Shown one piece after another: positions 1 through 13,827 of a stretch of 64,000 nt of DNA. The first letter of the stretch is position 1. Every line of letters begins with the position of its first letter. The position numbers and the translations under genes were made by a program. Origin of the DNA: Laetmonice hystrix. Taxonomy: Eukaryota. The notes beneath the pieces are model-generated. The model made no database searches, was not told the origin of the DNA, and saw only the letters and a program-made list of their open reading frames with translations. The stretch spans positions 7,626,001 through 7,690,000 of the forward strand of contig OZ249446.1 in NCBI GenBank assembly GCA_965235115.1. The letters run 5' to 3'.

Positions 1-450
1 AATGGGACAGTAATTAAAATTGGCTAAGATGAAGGCATTGTAGATCTTCATCTTCTCCTTCACATTGAATACGCGCTTGAACCTTCTTAATATATTGAGC
101 TGCCTGGAGGCCTTCTTGCAAATTTGGTCTACATGTCGGTCAAACAGGAGCTTGGAGTCTATAGTAATTCCAAGAAGCTTCACGTAATCCTCATTCTGTA
201 GTTTATTTCCGTCGATAGTAATAAACTCGGGCGTTTCTGTTACATTGTAGATGGACTTCATGTACATGACCTGGAACTTGTTCGGGTTGACTTTCATATG
301 GTTTACCGTGAACCATCTAATGGCATTGTCCGCATCAAGTTGCAGTGCTGTGGTCACCATATCGAAAGTCCCCTCACATGCGCTGAGGGTATTATCATCC
401 GCGTAGTTAGCAAGGTCACATTTTTCCATAAAGTAGAAAATATCGTTAAT
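1..450 (-). mobile_element. 5'-truncated non-LTR retrotransposon (CR1/L2/Crack-group LINE) reverse transcriptase fragment, continuing off the window edge
   Basis: Manual translation of the reverse complement of 450..1 gives 150 uninterrupted codons: INDIFYFMEKCDLANYADDNTLSACEG...WFTVNHMKVNPNKFQVM...VKLLGITIDSKLLFDRHVDQICKKASRQLNILRRFK...YNAFILANFNYCPI. It has the YADD catalytic motif and the KLLG(I)xID and NFNYCP motifs typical of CR1/L2-group RTs. Confidence 0.92.
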
Positions 451-470
451 AATATTAAAACTTTTAAAAC

Positions 471-527
471 TTTATTAAAACTTTTACTCTGTTTGGGAGA
501 TGGGTTTTATTAAAACTTTTACTCTGT
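471..527. repeat. 22-bp direct repeat next to the LINE 5' junction
   Basis: TTTATTAAAACTTTTACTCTGT occurs at 471-492 and 506-527, with a partial copy at about 453-465. Confidence 0.8.
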
Positions 528-1672
528 CATGAACAAACAATAATCAGGTGATTAATTAACCATTGGGCATAATTTCTTGAATTACTGTATGAAAGTAAGC
601 AAGATCTGTGTGGTAAATAGAGTAGGTGAAAGATATGCCAGTATACGCCCTCCTCTAATAAATGCTTGTGCTATAAATACCGGGTAGTGGTTTCTATTGT
701 CAAGGTTTGTTTGTCACACCTCACACCGGTCAGTTACAGTCAACAGTTTTACCTGTAGACAGTATGACACCGCCAGACATGCTTGGTTGTAGCACCTTGT
801 TTTCATTTGGACAGACAGGACGGTGGAAATGGTGTCTTGATTAATGTGAAATATGTTCTACCTGGCAAACCTTCTGATGTTTAATTCGGTGTTCACTTAT
901 ATTGCTTTGTGGTAAAGAACCCACTAAAATACAGCCATGTAGGCAATTGGTTTTGGAGGTGAGACCCGAATTTGTATATAAATGACTGTAACTATGTGGA
1001 CCTTGCCGCTGGGTGACGACTGTCGTATGCAGAACGTTGGTGTCACGTGACTTATTGTCCATGTTGCCCCGATTTTATCATTTTTATTGATATCTTGTAA
1101 TAAAATCAACTTGCAGGAAGAAACTATGGATGGTTACCCCATTAGTAGTCCTCTAGACAGGATCTACACCTCCAAGGCGTTGGTTGTCGCCTGTAAAATG
1201 TTTTTATCTTACTAAAACCATGTGGTTGTGTTGGACACCACTCTGGAGGTCCGGCTTGACCTCCCCACTATATAAAGTCACGAAACTACTGGTCACATGT
1301 ACAGTGAACGGTCACGTCTGAAAGTATCGCTTAGATAGACTCGGGTCTGTCTCCCATGAACTGGCTGATGGGTCGGAAGGAGCTTGCATGGGTCCACGTT
1401 CGGTCGTAGTCTGGCAACACGTGCTGATGGTCAAACACTGACAGTATGATGAGTCACTTAGTGTCCACTTGGAGGCGGGAGGGTGCAAGCCTGAGAAAAG
1501 TGCGACATGACTCTTCTAAAGGGATGTAGCAATACAACCCGTTCCCCGTCAGTGGGTCGATCTGTGGCACGGTTCCGTATGGCGGCTACCATTGGGTTAT
1601 CACGTGTTGTCTCAGACGCCAGATCTGCGAACGGTAGGATGAACATATCTAGTCGACTAAGACCAAGTTCAC

Positions 1673-1743
1673 TTTTTCTTTTTTTCTCTTTTTTTTCTCT
1701 GTCTGTCTGTCTGTCTAGCTGTCTGTCTCTCTGTCTCTGGCTC

Positions 1744-1774
<31 letters not shown>

Positions 1775-1779
1775 GTCTC
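1673..1779. repeat. T/CT/CTGT microsatellite (pyrimidine tract)
   Basis: Poly-T grading into (CTGT)n and (CT)n. Confidence 0.9.
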
Positions 1780-2525
1780 CGGCCTTCTCCGGCCTTTTCT
1801 TTTACTGATGCCTAATTTTATAAATTGCGAGCCTTACGTTAAGCACACATCTTAAACAAATACATCAATAACTATCCCGACACTCCAAGAACTATACCCT
1901 GACACTCCAAGATTCAAGGGTGAGCCGGGATTAATTGTTCCTGCCATGTCGATCACATTTCCAGGCCACATGCGTACGAACCACCCACAAAAACTGGCCT
2001 CTATATGAGTTGCGTTTTTATGTCATCCAACAGTCACAGAAAACGAAAGCACTGTCAAACGGCTAATGAGAATCTTGGGTGGATCGGTCTGTGTATCTGG
2101 GCCTTTTACACACAAACATCCACAGAGACAACAGAAAGACTCGAGTGACCAGCCAATGCTGGGCTTGGAGTTCATTTTAGTAAAGAAACAACTCCAAAGA
2201 AAGTTTTTCATCAAAACTTAACTCTTTTAGTCTCTTCATTAACTCTTAATAGGAAATTATGATCTTTAGTAATTTTACACATCATCAGATTACATTTAAT
2301 CACATGGGGAGACTACAGACTTATTCTAAAGTGTACCAAGTTGACAAATCGTATTTTTGACATTCACAAAAGCGTAAAGTAAATGCGTAAGTCGTACAGC
2401 GTACAAACAGGTTCAAAAATCGTACATTGTACGCCAGAATCGTACAAGTAGTCAGGTATATCATAGGGGGAGGGGGAGGAGATTTTTCAGTCAAAAACTA
2501 GGTTATTAGGGAGAAATGTTCGGTA

Positions 2526-2712
2526 TGACAAAAGTGGGCAGAGTGCATGGTGCATGACAAAAGTCGTGGCCTAACAAATTTGGTCCAAAAATTATGAATA
2601 AAGTGGTGCCCTCGAGAACGACAAAAGTGGGCTATTCTGTGACAAAAGTGGTGACCTGTGACAAAAGTGGGCATTTTGTGCGACAAAAGTGGTGACCTGT
2701 GACAAAAGTGGT
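2526..2712. repeat. Cluster of about 7 GACAAAAGTGG sub-repeats, probably the internal array of a MITE remnant
   Basis: The motif recurs at about 2526, 2555, 2619, 2640, 2659, 2681 and 2700 with variable linkers. No paired TIRs were found. Confidence 0.7.
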
Positions 2713-5700
2713 AAAAATGACATGAAATGAAATGTGTGTGGTTGCTACACACGAGCAAGGGAAGAGGAGGGAGGCGGCGGGGGGGGGGGGGGGGATTTTG
2801 ACTGTCAACAGTTGTAAGGGCTCGGTGCCATCCGAGATTAGAGCATCCGTGAAACATGCGATCAGATACCTGCATACTCTCACACTTCCACCGTGTCCTT
2901 TCAAGTATTGTTAATCAAAGATGAGAAAACGTCGCTGATCCTAGGACAGGCGTTTGATGGTGGAGGAACGGACAGGAGCTGCAGGGAGGAGGTGCTCTTC
3001 CTGAGAGACGGCGGCTTGGAACGTGCTGCCAAGCCGGAAGCGGGAGAGATCTGAGAACTAATTGCTTTCCCTTCTTATACTTCTTCTGAGAGATCTAGAC
3101 ACTCTGAAGTGTTCTTATCTTTTGTATTGATAGAAATGTTATTTAGTGTGTGAAAGAACTAGCAAGCATTCATTACAGTCACAGAAACATTTCTTAATAG
3201 ATGTTTTTGCGCAGCACTGGGTCTCCCAACATGTCATATCGTCCGTCCACGGTGTCTCCAGAATCAGTGACCGTATTATGGCATATAAGATATTCAGCTG
3301 GTGAAAAAAACCTTCTTGAAACACATTTATATGATATTTAGAGTCCTTAACTATAGAATTATGCCACTAATTATTTAATTTTGGTATATCCTTAAGAAAT
3401 TTAAAGTAGGATATTTTCCATTGAAAGCGACGAAACCGATGACATTTGTAACTTATTTAGGCCGCTAAGAAGTCAAGACTATAGATATTAACTGTAATAT
3501 GTTGGCTAACAACCAGATATAAGCATAATACCATATAAGAGGTGGAAGGATTCTCCAAAATCTTCTGCACTATATTGCGTTTAACTTTCCCTGTTCAAGC
3601 ATAATGCCAGTCCAAGTAAGACGTAAGTAGTATACAAAAACGGGGATATTTTTCAGGCTATTATATTAAGAACTCAATGTCTTCGCATGAAGGTGAAGTC
3701 AGAAGAGATGATTGGACAAAAGGTTATGATGGGTAGAGTTGAGGTCATGCCAGCCTTGCGTGTTGAGCCTGATCCTGTGGGATGGATAAAGTGGACGTTT
3801 CATGTCCGTCGACCAGCGTGATTTTGCGGCGGTATTCTGTCTCCCTGTGGGACAGTCACTTTGCTGGATGTTCTTTGATATAAAGAGCCATGGATGGCGA
3901 GGGAAAGCAGCGGGAGAGTAGAGAGAGGCTATGGACCTCGCGCTCCCTGCCATAGTGGGCATCGTGTATCTTGTGAACCTGGTAAAGGCTTTCTCTGAGC
4001 TCTTGTGTACACACAGAGCAAGGCTAATGTGTACCAAATGATATTACTGGCCACATTTAGGTGCTTCTCTTCTCGGTTCACTTCTGAGGAAGTTCAGGGG
4101 ACGCACTATTCTCTACCATTATGAAAAGTGGTGTTATGTTAAATTGATCGTGCCTCCCAGCATGAAGGCCAAGATAATTTCAAAAGTGCCTGTCACACTA
4201 GCAGGGAAAGCTAGTCTTGGAAGATGTCTGCATAGTGAATGGCCAAAAATCAATTACTTTGTAGTTTACTAGTGACCCGTTGTGTCTATACTGGCGGTAG
4301 GACTTGGGGAAAATGTCAGCTGGTTTATCCTTGGGATTTCTTCTCAGAGATGGACAGTTAAGCAATTGGCGTAGGTCACTGGGATAAACAGAATGGCACT
4401 TTTATAGTACGTTTGGTAAAGGCCACATGCATCATGCAAAGCTGTCTGGAGAGGAACACCAGTTTCCACAGTGCCGGGCATGGCTACACACAAAACACAC
4501 CCGTCACAACTAGGATGGAATCGATAGGAATCACTACAGTTCAATCAAGTTTGTTATGAATTGTATCTCAGAGTACCAGTATGAAATTTTGTGACAACAG
4601 GCTTCTTTTTTTGCGAAAAGCCCGTGCCTCTCTTAAGTTTTCCGTGACATATTTCTTATGAGATCCCACGCTCTAGCTGGCCAGCCGCATGCGAATAAAG
4701 AAAAAATGATTTACGGCCAATTTTTCAGTTATGGTGCTCTTCCATGTGTACCGACTTCTCACGGCTACCCACATGTAGTCGACAATGGAGGATTGTCTAA
4801 AGCCTCATGAAGATATATGGTGAATAAAATTAATCTGTTCTGTTGTGGAAATATGCAAATGTGAATTTCTGCCACAAAACGTGAATCTTGCAGAGGATCT
4901 TTATTAGCTTTAGTAGTTTCTGGCGGTTTAGACGGTGGGTAGGAATGTCTGAGAAGATTTGTATCCAGTGCTATGTCTCAGCCCTTGGTCTGAGAGCCAA
5001 GATAAACTTAACTGTTAGCGAGAACCATCAGAATTAGGGTACACAAGGAGAAGTTCCGGGTTCAATTTGTTACCTTTCCTCGCCGTTGGTGGGTTCTATT
5101 GTTTGGTCGATCCGCATGTTTCAGGTTTCACGTGTCACTGTCACAGTGAGACAGGCCAGTTCATATTGAACAAGAGACTCTTGGAGCAGAGCGTCAGCTG
5201 TTGAACTAGTTCCATTTATTTCTGAATGAACCTTCCGGACTAATTTGCTCTCCAAGTCGAAGACCACTATTTTGCAGTTGAAATAAATGACAAATATCTT
5301 CCTAGATTGAATTATGGTGTGAAGGTCATTGGATGGATACGATATCTAAGGTGACACATGGATTCCTCCACTCTCCGTCTCCATGTGTCGGGATAGAACG
5401 CGGACTCCTGATTCTATCCGGTACACCCTAGGTGTGAACCTATCCATCAGTTCAACACACACAGTTACTCTGCCCGTTCCAGCACACAGCGACAAATGAA
5501 TGGCTCTGCACCGCCCACATTTCTCTATGTGGTACACCGATCTATATTTCTCGATGTAAAATAAGTCTCCAACGTTTGTAGGTATCATGGTATGGTAGAA
5601 TTTACCCGGATTCCAGACAGTGTGTCCCAATTGAGTAATCTGGTTACGCTATCCAAGCAATAACTTCCTGCCCAGTTATGGGATTGTACTAATCATTTTA

Positions 5701-7595
5701 CTTTTTTCTTCTTTTTCTTCTGAACACCTTGTTTCAGTGTTCTGTCATATGAGAAATGCGTATTAGAGAAATGCATTTAGTGGATGCTAAGTCTTTTGAG
5801 TTTCCAGTACATATCGATTGTTTGTTTTATGTAGGAAGTTGGCAGGCACGGAATTATTTTTTTATTAGGGCAACAGATATTTATTGTTTGTGTATTTGCC
5901 CACAGTTAATTGAATGTTCGCCAGTGGATTTCTTCAATTGGTATGAAAGCAAATGCAAAAAGAAATTCAAGAAACTAGGCCGACTAGTTTATGACTATAT
6001 TTGCTCAGGGTGATGCGCGATCTTTTATTTTGGGGTGTTTCTTGGTGAAATGTAAACCTGTACATTGAGTGCATCTTACTCTACTATTTTAAATCTTGCT
6101 TTGTTTTTTAATATTAAATCTGGTCGATCTTGAATTTCGCAGACTTTTAAAATAATTTAATCTTGGACTTTGTGTACTGTTTTTACTTTCTCTATATTTT
6201 GTATCGGCCTATCTGACCTAAGTTATAGAATAGCGAGATAACATGCCGAGTTGCCTGGAGGTGATGGCACTCGCCACTGTGAACACTTGGGGCGGCTGAA
6301 AGCACCATTACTACAGGAGCCGATCCCTGTGATTGGTAGCGTCAGTGTGATACTGGTGATACTTTACACCGTTTGAGATACCGACCGCCTGCCATTTCCT
6401 GTTCTCTGGGCTCTACTTTTCCTGCCGTGTCCACTTCATCCAATCCCATCACCACATATACCACCGGTGGCTTTTTCTTTAACGCACCTCCCAGTTGAGA
6501 TGTATTGTCGCGGACTAAAAGCAGGGGAATATAGCAGGCTCGACGATTTGTTCTGCCCGGCTTTCGTGGATAATCCGTGTGGGTTTGATCTGGCATGGTA
6601 GCAGTAAATTACGGTATTACGTGTGTGCACTTAAGTCAAGTTTGCCCTGTAGAAGACAAATAGTAGGCTTAACTCTCGGGGTGAGGAGGCTAGTCGTAAA
6701 CCAACAATTTACGGCGGAACAAAGTAAGTATTAAAGGTACCATAAAAGCAGGTCTTGCCAATCAACTATGCATGAAAGAAAAAGGATTGTGGGCCTGAGA
6801 CATTTCAATGTTAAGATGTATGTGTTCAGGTCAAGTCATGAACGGAATTTTACGAAGCGTTAGAGGCTCATTTGAGAATCGTTTAGGTGGGCATGACGCT
6901 GCAATGTTATCATTTAATTTAGGTGTCGGTCATTTTTCACAAAACAAAAGAGATTGATCCAGTGAGATTATTGTCGTAAGCATTGACAAAAAGGGAACAC
7001 TAACATTGGATTCTGGAGAGTACAATTTGGTGCTGTGTTAAGCTCATAAAGTCGGTCTCCATGTAATGCCAGCCCTAAGGCCTGTTTTCCAACACAATTA
7101 TGTGCCAATTGTAATCCATTTGATCCCTTTTTTAACTTATAAAATGATTAGTTCCTTGTATAAAATGATTAGTTCCTTGTAGCCCAATCTTCGACGATCC
7201 ATAAGTTACTTTCAGTTACTAATGAAATTATGGTTTAAGGCCATTAAGGGAGCCTTTTTTATGGGGTTTGAAAGCTTTGATTATGTCATCATGAATTATT
7301 AAGATCATTTCGCCTAACATATATGGTATAATTCAGGGATATTTGCCTTATTTATCATTGTGGAACCATTAGGTATGAATGGAAAAAATGGTACCTTTTC
7401 TTCAGACTACAGTAACATATCTATCATGTTTAGTTTTTTGTCTGGTTTTTGATGAGATGAAACTTGTATCAATTACAATTAAATACTGCTTCGCTGGATG
7501 TGTAATTGTTTGATGTAAGGCCAATTAAAATGGCAGGCCTTATTGAAAACGTGCATGCACATTTAGGTTCGACTGACATTATTGTTTGTCTGCAG

Positions 7596-7679
7596 CCTCG
7601 GCATGACATTGACAGATCACATGATCTTCCTGGACCAATCCATTCATAGCTTACAGCAGAAGCGTAACATTGTCTTCTC
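7596..7679 (+). CDS. Candidate coding exon (84 nt, phase 2-2) of an unidentified gene
   Basis: Acceptor ttgtttgtctgcag| and donor |gtgagt. Only one frame is open: LGMTLTDHMIFLDQSIHSLQQKRNIVF. Protein not recognised. Confidence 0.35.
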
Positions 7680-7811
7680 GTGAGTTAGTCGATATCTAGA
7701 TGGAGCTCAGGACGGAAAGAAGCAAAACAAATCCCATTAAGAGTTTCTTTCCTAAACCCCAATCAAAGCTCTCTAGACGATCCTAACTTTGCCTTAACGT
7801 TGTCTTTTTAG

Positions 7812-7870
7812 TTGTTGGGAAATCCGTTTTCTTCTGAGAAGTCTTATTGATAACACCCAAGGAGCCCCAA
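7812..7870 (+). CDS. Candidate coding exon (59 nt), in frame with the 7596-7679 exon
   Basis: Acceptor ttgtctttttag| and donor |gtaagc. Joined across a 132-nt intron it continues the frame: (S)CWEIRFLLRSLIDNTQGAP. Confidence 0.35.
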
Positions 7871-8434
7871 GTAAGCAGCACATTGGTGTCTGGGGGAATG
7901 GAGCTGTCAAAGCCATGTTATATGATTATGTGTAATTATAGCTCAGTGACATGAAGATGGGTATTTATCGTGTAGAAAGGCGGAGGCCTTTCCAGCCTGC
8001 CAGAAAACATTGATGTGAAGGTCCAGATGGCTGCTGTACCTAATAAATGATGTTGATCCTAATGCTCACCACGTACACTGCTTGAAACTGTGACAGGCAT
8101 AGCTCCTCTACAATGTGCGGCGTCGTCGTCATGGGGGTGGTCTCCCAGGGACTGCCTGTTAAATGAAATCTCCTTCACATCTTCTACCGAGAGAGTCCGC
8201 CAAACAGTATTTGATTCCAAGGCGGCGATAAGCAGATTCTTCCCAATCCCAGAGAAATGTTGTTACTAAATCACAAAGACTCGTCTGCTTAAGGGATATG
8301 AGTGCGTCATGTTGAAGGAAAGCTCTTCTTTACACTGCCAGAGGTGCCGCAGCCTGGGCAGCGGCTCTGAGAGGTTGACTGACCCATCAGGGTGTTCTTA
8401 CAGTGCCTTGACACTCTAAGTTATTGTTGCTCAG

Positions 8435-8682
8435 CTGGAATCCGGGAGGACCGCATCCTTCAGTCACTTCTGAAAGTCGTCAAGTTCAGCAGAGTTGACA
8501 GGATCGAATCTAATCCTGAGAGCGGAACGGACCGGCCACTCTTAGATAGTCCTCTTGACGGCATACACTCCCGCCCCTCCCCACCACCGCAACCACAGAC
8601 CGCTTGTCTGGGAGCTGGCTTTGTGAGGACAACGGCTCAAAATTGCAAAGTGGGAACCACTTCCGCCAGAAGTCATGAATAA
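8435..8682 (+). CDS. Possible further or terminal exon, phase-compatible with the previous two
   Basis: Acceptor ttattgttgctcag|. Phase-1 join gives (T)GIREDRILQSLLKVVKFSRVDRIESNPESG... to TAA at 8680-8682. No recognised homology. Confidence 0.2.
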
Positions 8683-10151
8683 AGGAATTATCCAACGTTG
8701 AAATTGACATACAGGAAGAACTTCAAGAGAGTGGAATAGAAGCAATGTGAGAACCGCCAGTCTGGTAGACAGAAATGCCCGTAAGGGTTCAAGAAGAGAG
8801 ACTGCATGGTCTTGTCAATATACCATAGAAACTCATGATTTGGACGTTGTTAGTTTCCGTGGCGATGGACATAGAAAAGAATGCCATTGGTCGGAAGAAC
8901 TACAGTCCTTTGATGTTCCAGGAAAGGGCATCTTTGTCTGTTGGTAAGGACATCGCCGTCTTTTGCATTCCCAGATATGTTTTCTAGCATGTTTGCAAGA
9001 ATTTTGTTCTGAGATTGGTGAAATATTTATCGTGGTCTTTCAGTGGCAGTGGTGCTCCAATGTCCTGAGAATTGGGTACAGCATCTGATACATGCACTAA
9101 AAATGTTAGAGCTAGGTGCGCAACTGGCCAATTCTGGTTCGACACAGGGAAAGAAAAGATGGCTCGGACCAACACTGTCACATCTCATTGTGTCGTCGTT
9201 TAAATGCCAGCTGTATTAATGTATCTTGTCTTCCTTATTGCCAGAAATCCAAGGTTTTTATATTTTGTTAGTGTGACCCTCGTTTGTCGCTGCCTACCCT
9301 TGGAGAATCTCTTGAGATGTTGAAGGGGAAAAAATTATTGTTTCATGTCAGTGACAGCCAGTTGTCTTACTTTTGTCTGTGTGCCATTGTGTGCACCCTT
9401 CAGGAATGTCGGTTAGCAATTACACGCAGTGGCATGTACCATGTTACAGTCAGGTGTTTTGTGTCGTTTTTCATCCTCACTGCTTGACATCTCTTCATTG
9501 GCATGACATGAATTTATTGACTGTCCGCTTCTAGGGAACACTCCGAGTGCTGTCAATGTTTCTCTGAAGTTGGATTTTATTGAAACTATTGGAGTAAAAG
9601 GTGCAGATACTCGGTGTCATTTTTGGTGAGGAACTAACCAGTGTATAACAAAACTGACTGTTTTAGGCCATGAGGCGTCGAATCAAATCCTACTGATTAC
9701 AAGCGGATTCTAACCAACATTTATTTTTATGGTTAAAACATCACAAGAGTACTGATTATACCATAAGCTAATCGAAATGATCGATTTAGATCCAGCCATA
9801 ACAACCTATGGCCAACCGTAGAGATTTTATTTCTATCAGTACATTACAACTATACGCTCTAAAACCTATTTCACTTTGAGTAGACGACACAGAGTTCTGT
9901 GAAGTCTCTGTCATATCTAAAGGGTCAACATGTATACCTCACATTTATATCATTTACGTGCATCCCATTTGGCAGTACACTTTCTGTAGGCCAAACAGTC
10001 TACGCCAGTGCCAGGATTACCTTAACAGTCAATGTTCGGTAGAAATCATGTGTAGCTCTATCTAGGAAAATATGGATTCCGTCTCATTTCGGAAGATGTG
10101 TGTAGGGGGGAGGGTCCATTGTCCTGCTCGACCACCAAAGCTCCTTTTTTA

Positions 10152-10250
10152 GGGGAGTGGCGGTGGCCGAGTGGGCATGGGTGTCGACACCTTATGCTAT
10201 GCGAATGGGTGCAGTAATCTTGGGGTCGGGGTTCGATTCCTGTAGAGGAC
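10152..10250 (+). mobile_element. tRNA-derived SINE head / tRNA-like pseudogene
   Basis: A box TGGCCGAGTGG (10164-10174) and B box GGTTCGATTCC (10230-10240). No convincing cloverleaf. Confidence 0.6.
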
Positions 10251-11859
10251 TACCCTATACAACTTTTCTCTTTAGGGACATTGTCAAAGTAATTGGGTTA
10301 CCCCTGATGCCCGTGCATTTCAAAAAAGAAAAATACACCACCACCGGTGACAATAACTCCCTTTTAACTACTGAAGTTAATACGCGAGCGACATTGTAGG
10401 GAAAAAAGGGAAATCAACACTATTTTTGATATATGTTTCTAAATTTATAGCAAAAGGTCGGATTTCAAGTTATGAACTTGAATTGTGGCCGATATATTGG
10501 ATAGTGATCCTTTAGCCGGTCAGGTAGAGCACAAAAGTCTTTGGACGTGGGCGAATATCTGTTCAATATCGCTGATAGAAAATATAATTCTGTCCATTCT
10601 GCGGATTTAAGACCGAAGTTTTCACAGTCGTAACAGATGAAACGGCAAGATCATCTTTATCAGCAAACATGAATGATTTTAGGATTTTCATCACTTAGGT
10701 TGTAGAAATAATCACTTTGTGAAAAATCCTGGTCCGAAAAGAAACATCTTTCAGGGTCAGTCTCTCTGTCTGGTATGTCTGTCTGTCTGGTTTTTTTGGG
10801 GGTTTTTTTTGGTGGTGGTGGGGGGGGGGGCGTCTGTCACGTCTGACCCAAGGTATACTGGTTTTGAAAGGCACCATTATTTCCACCTGTCTACCTCGAC
10901 AATTTGACAGAGTCCGGGGTCTAAATGACCATGTCCACTGTGACGCACTTAGAGCGGGGCAGCGTTGGCTGTGATCAAACCTGTAGTGGTGATATTTCAG
11001 CCGCTGGACTCGCTGTCCGCCACTGGCTGCGAGCAGACGGAGACCCGGGTGGTGGGTAACTGACACAAATGGGACGTAGATGAGGATGGAGTGGCACGGG
11101 TTTCCTGGGGTGGTGTGGGCCCGACTCGCCGCTGCATTACAAGCCTTGCCCACCAGGCCCTACGACTGGGGCAAAGTACTGTTGGTTACGGCGGGAGTAA
11201 TTCAGGCAGGAGGGGTTTCTCTCCTGCCCCTGTTAGATCCCCTGTCTGACCCCCACCGCAGTATCATTGTCATAGCTTCACTTGTATATCACTACGAAGG
11301 CATATTTTCTCATTTTTAAAATCACTTGGTTGTCGCTGGGAGATTAAAAGGTTAAATGTTGATTAACTCTGGAAAAAAATCTACAGATGAGATTCTCCCT
11401 TGGTGGTTTCGTATCATTTCTCCATTTCAAGGTTATAATTGAAGAAGAAAGGGAACGATCGATTTAATTTGAAAGTACTCAATGTCAGTAAGTGCCTGTC
11501 ATACATATTTTGAACCAAAGTTTGCTAATTAACCTTCAACGGAAAGTATTGTTCGCTCGAACTTCAAAAAGTGACATTTCTGTGTTTAATGGAGAAATGA
11601 TAGGTCGACATGACATTTGAATCTAGACTGGCGGTGGTTGAGTGTCTTTATTAGGTTTCTGTTAAAAAAAACTCCCATTCTGGAGATGTATTTATTGTAA
11701 CAGTCGAGGTTTAATACTTGGAGTAGATTTCAACCATGGTTCATGGAGAAAAAGAATCCTCCTGGCATTAGACAGCTGAAAAGTGTGTTAATTTGATAAA
11801 ACGGACAATTTGTTGTGGTCAGTCGTTCTGAACTAGTTAAACTGTGTTAAACAGCTTAA

Positions 11860-12398
11860 AGGAAATATGTCACGGGGGGTATCGATCGAAATCTTCAGTT
11901 TTCTGCTTGCCTGATCACCACTGACGTACTTTATGGCACTGATTGTTTTTCATATGGATTCTGTTAACACATACTACCAGTAGACAGCTGTGAAATTTTC
12001 CCTAATGTAGAAAAATGAATAAAACTAGATGCAGTGTCAGCAAAGTGCGATGAATCTGAAATTTTGTCCCCCTTTGGCTGCCGCGAATCGTTTAAGAGGT
12101 CCCATGATCACGTGACTCTCGCTGTGATTACTCGAGATGTAAACACGCACTATAATGGCCCATCCGCCGATCGTGTGAAAAGGGTGCAAAACACAGCCGG
12201 CTGCAAATCCTCGGGTCTCGGAATCTAAGTGTGTCATTTTCAGTGACCGCATTAAGAATAGGCGATTTTGTTTTTACAAAATACCGGCCAAAGCTACATA
12301 AACAGGTAAGGGACCTTTGGGGCATTTCGGAGAAGTGCAATGCAGACATATTTTTGCTGAAACACGACGTATTATTTGAAATTCGTGACATATTACCT
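11860..12398. mobile_element. Non-autonomous Kolobok-like DNA transposon (MITE), 539 bp
   Basis: TTAA on both sides (11856-59, 12399-402). TIR AGGAAATATGTCACG / CGTGACATATTACCT matches 14/15. TTAA duplication with purine-purine termini fits Kolobok rather than piggyBac. Confidence 0.75.
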
Positions 12399-13827
12399 TT
12401 AATTAAACAGACCCTTGTCGTTCTGTTACCCACTCGTATTTCAAACAAAGTTGGCCAAATGTGTGCCAGACTGAAACCTTTCAGCCTGTCATGTTATGCT
12501 TATTTGAGTATTCATATTAAAAGATTAGCCTGAGAGCTACCGATGATATTAGCCAGCTGAAACGTTGCTAACCTCGTGAGTATTATAGAGGATACTGTCA
12601 GACTGCAGCTGTCAAGGAAGTCAGAACATTCCAACTGCCATCCATGTCGAATTTGATGTGTATTTTTCCTTTCATCAAAGATGAGAATGAAAGCATTCAG
12701 GACTGTGCGTTTAAATACTTTCACTTGTGGGATATTCTTGTTCGTCACTGAGTGACAGTTTCTTGTTTAAGCCACAACTGTTAATACGTCATGTCATTTG
12801 TAAGAATTATAAAGTGGTATTTTATTTAAAGGAAACAACAGGCTTTCTGACCAGCCGACCTATTAGTGTCATATGTTCCTTTCAAACCCATGATGATATC
12901 AGAACAGGTGATGGTTCCTCAGCTTTCCTCGCCATCCTTAACAGTTATGGAGGCGAAGATCAAAGTAAATGCGCCAATATTCCAAAAAGCATCCCCGGTA
13001 ATGCTTGTGCCGCGGGAGAGGAAAATAAACGTTGGCTGGCATCCATTAAAATCTCTCGGTAAAAACGCAGTTCAGGACTTGTTAAATGTGTTTCGTTTAA
13101 AGCTTTAAGACTGACTGCAAATGTTACTTCTCATGAGCTGAACTGTAGAGGGTTTTGGCACACGTCATAGAATATCCTGCTGCAGATCCGAGAGATTCGA
13201 TGTCTCTGTAATAGTTCTGCATTGTTCATGTTTTATGTGTTTCCGTTTTACAGTGAAATCAAGCAATGTACTTTCAAGCGAAATCTGACATTTATAAATG
13301 TCGCCCTCTGAGTCCAATCTTGTATGCTCAGCCTTTAAGATTTATGAAACCCCATCAAATGTGTCCGGTGGATCACTTGAAGATCCTTGCTGCCGGGTGC
13401 AAGAAATATACAGGACAAAAACGGCTGATGTTTTTTACTGTTACGTCATTCTTCACAGGAATTGCTACGTTCGATTATGTCTGCATGGCGTTCCGTATGA
13501 AATACGTTTTATATCTGCCTGTATCGACTGTTGTATTAGGATCAGATAGTGGATGCTCTTTAAGTGAGTGTTTCCACGAGATAATCCATATCCAGCGCAG
13601 CCCATGCTTCCTTCACTGACCATTAGATGTATTGATTTCCGACAGTTTGTATTAGATGGAAGTACCCAGTAGGTAGGAAAATAGGCGGTGTTCTTGACTT
13701 TCTCTTAACGTATTTATATATCAGACATCTTTGGCGATTCTTTGTATCATTAACAGGAGTTCGTACGGTGAGGTCCGTCGATATCTTGTCTAAAGACAAC
13801 CAGACCTTAGAATTGTTTCCAGGCCAG

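Noticed and set aside
3699-4037. ORF with LFIS...SRW...SHRIR, reminiscent of a DIRS1 recombinase C-terminus
   Set aside because: Spacing is off and the CPV and SKT motifs are missing, so it cannot be distinguished from chance.
4140-4270. LIVPPSMKAKIISKVPVTLAG, resembling a Gypsy integrase zinc-finger lead-in
   Set aside because: The His and Cys ligands are absent and no RNase H or integrase core was found in adjacent frames.
10152-10250. Functional tRNA gene (also considered for 45088-45155 and 61830-61990)
   Set aside because: A and B boxes are present but there is no consistent acceptor and anticodon stem pairing, so they were treated as SINE heads.
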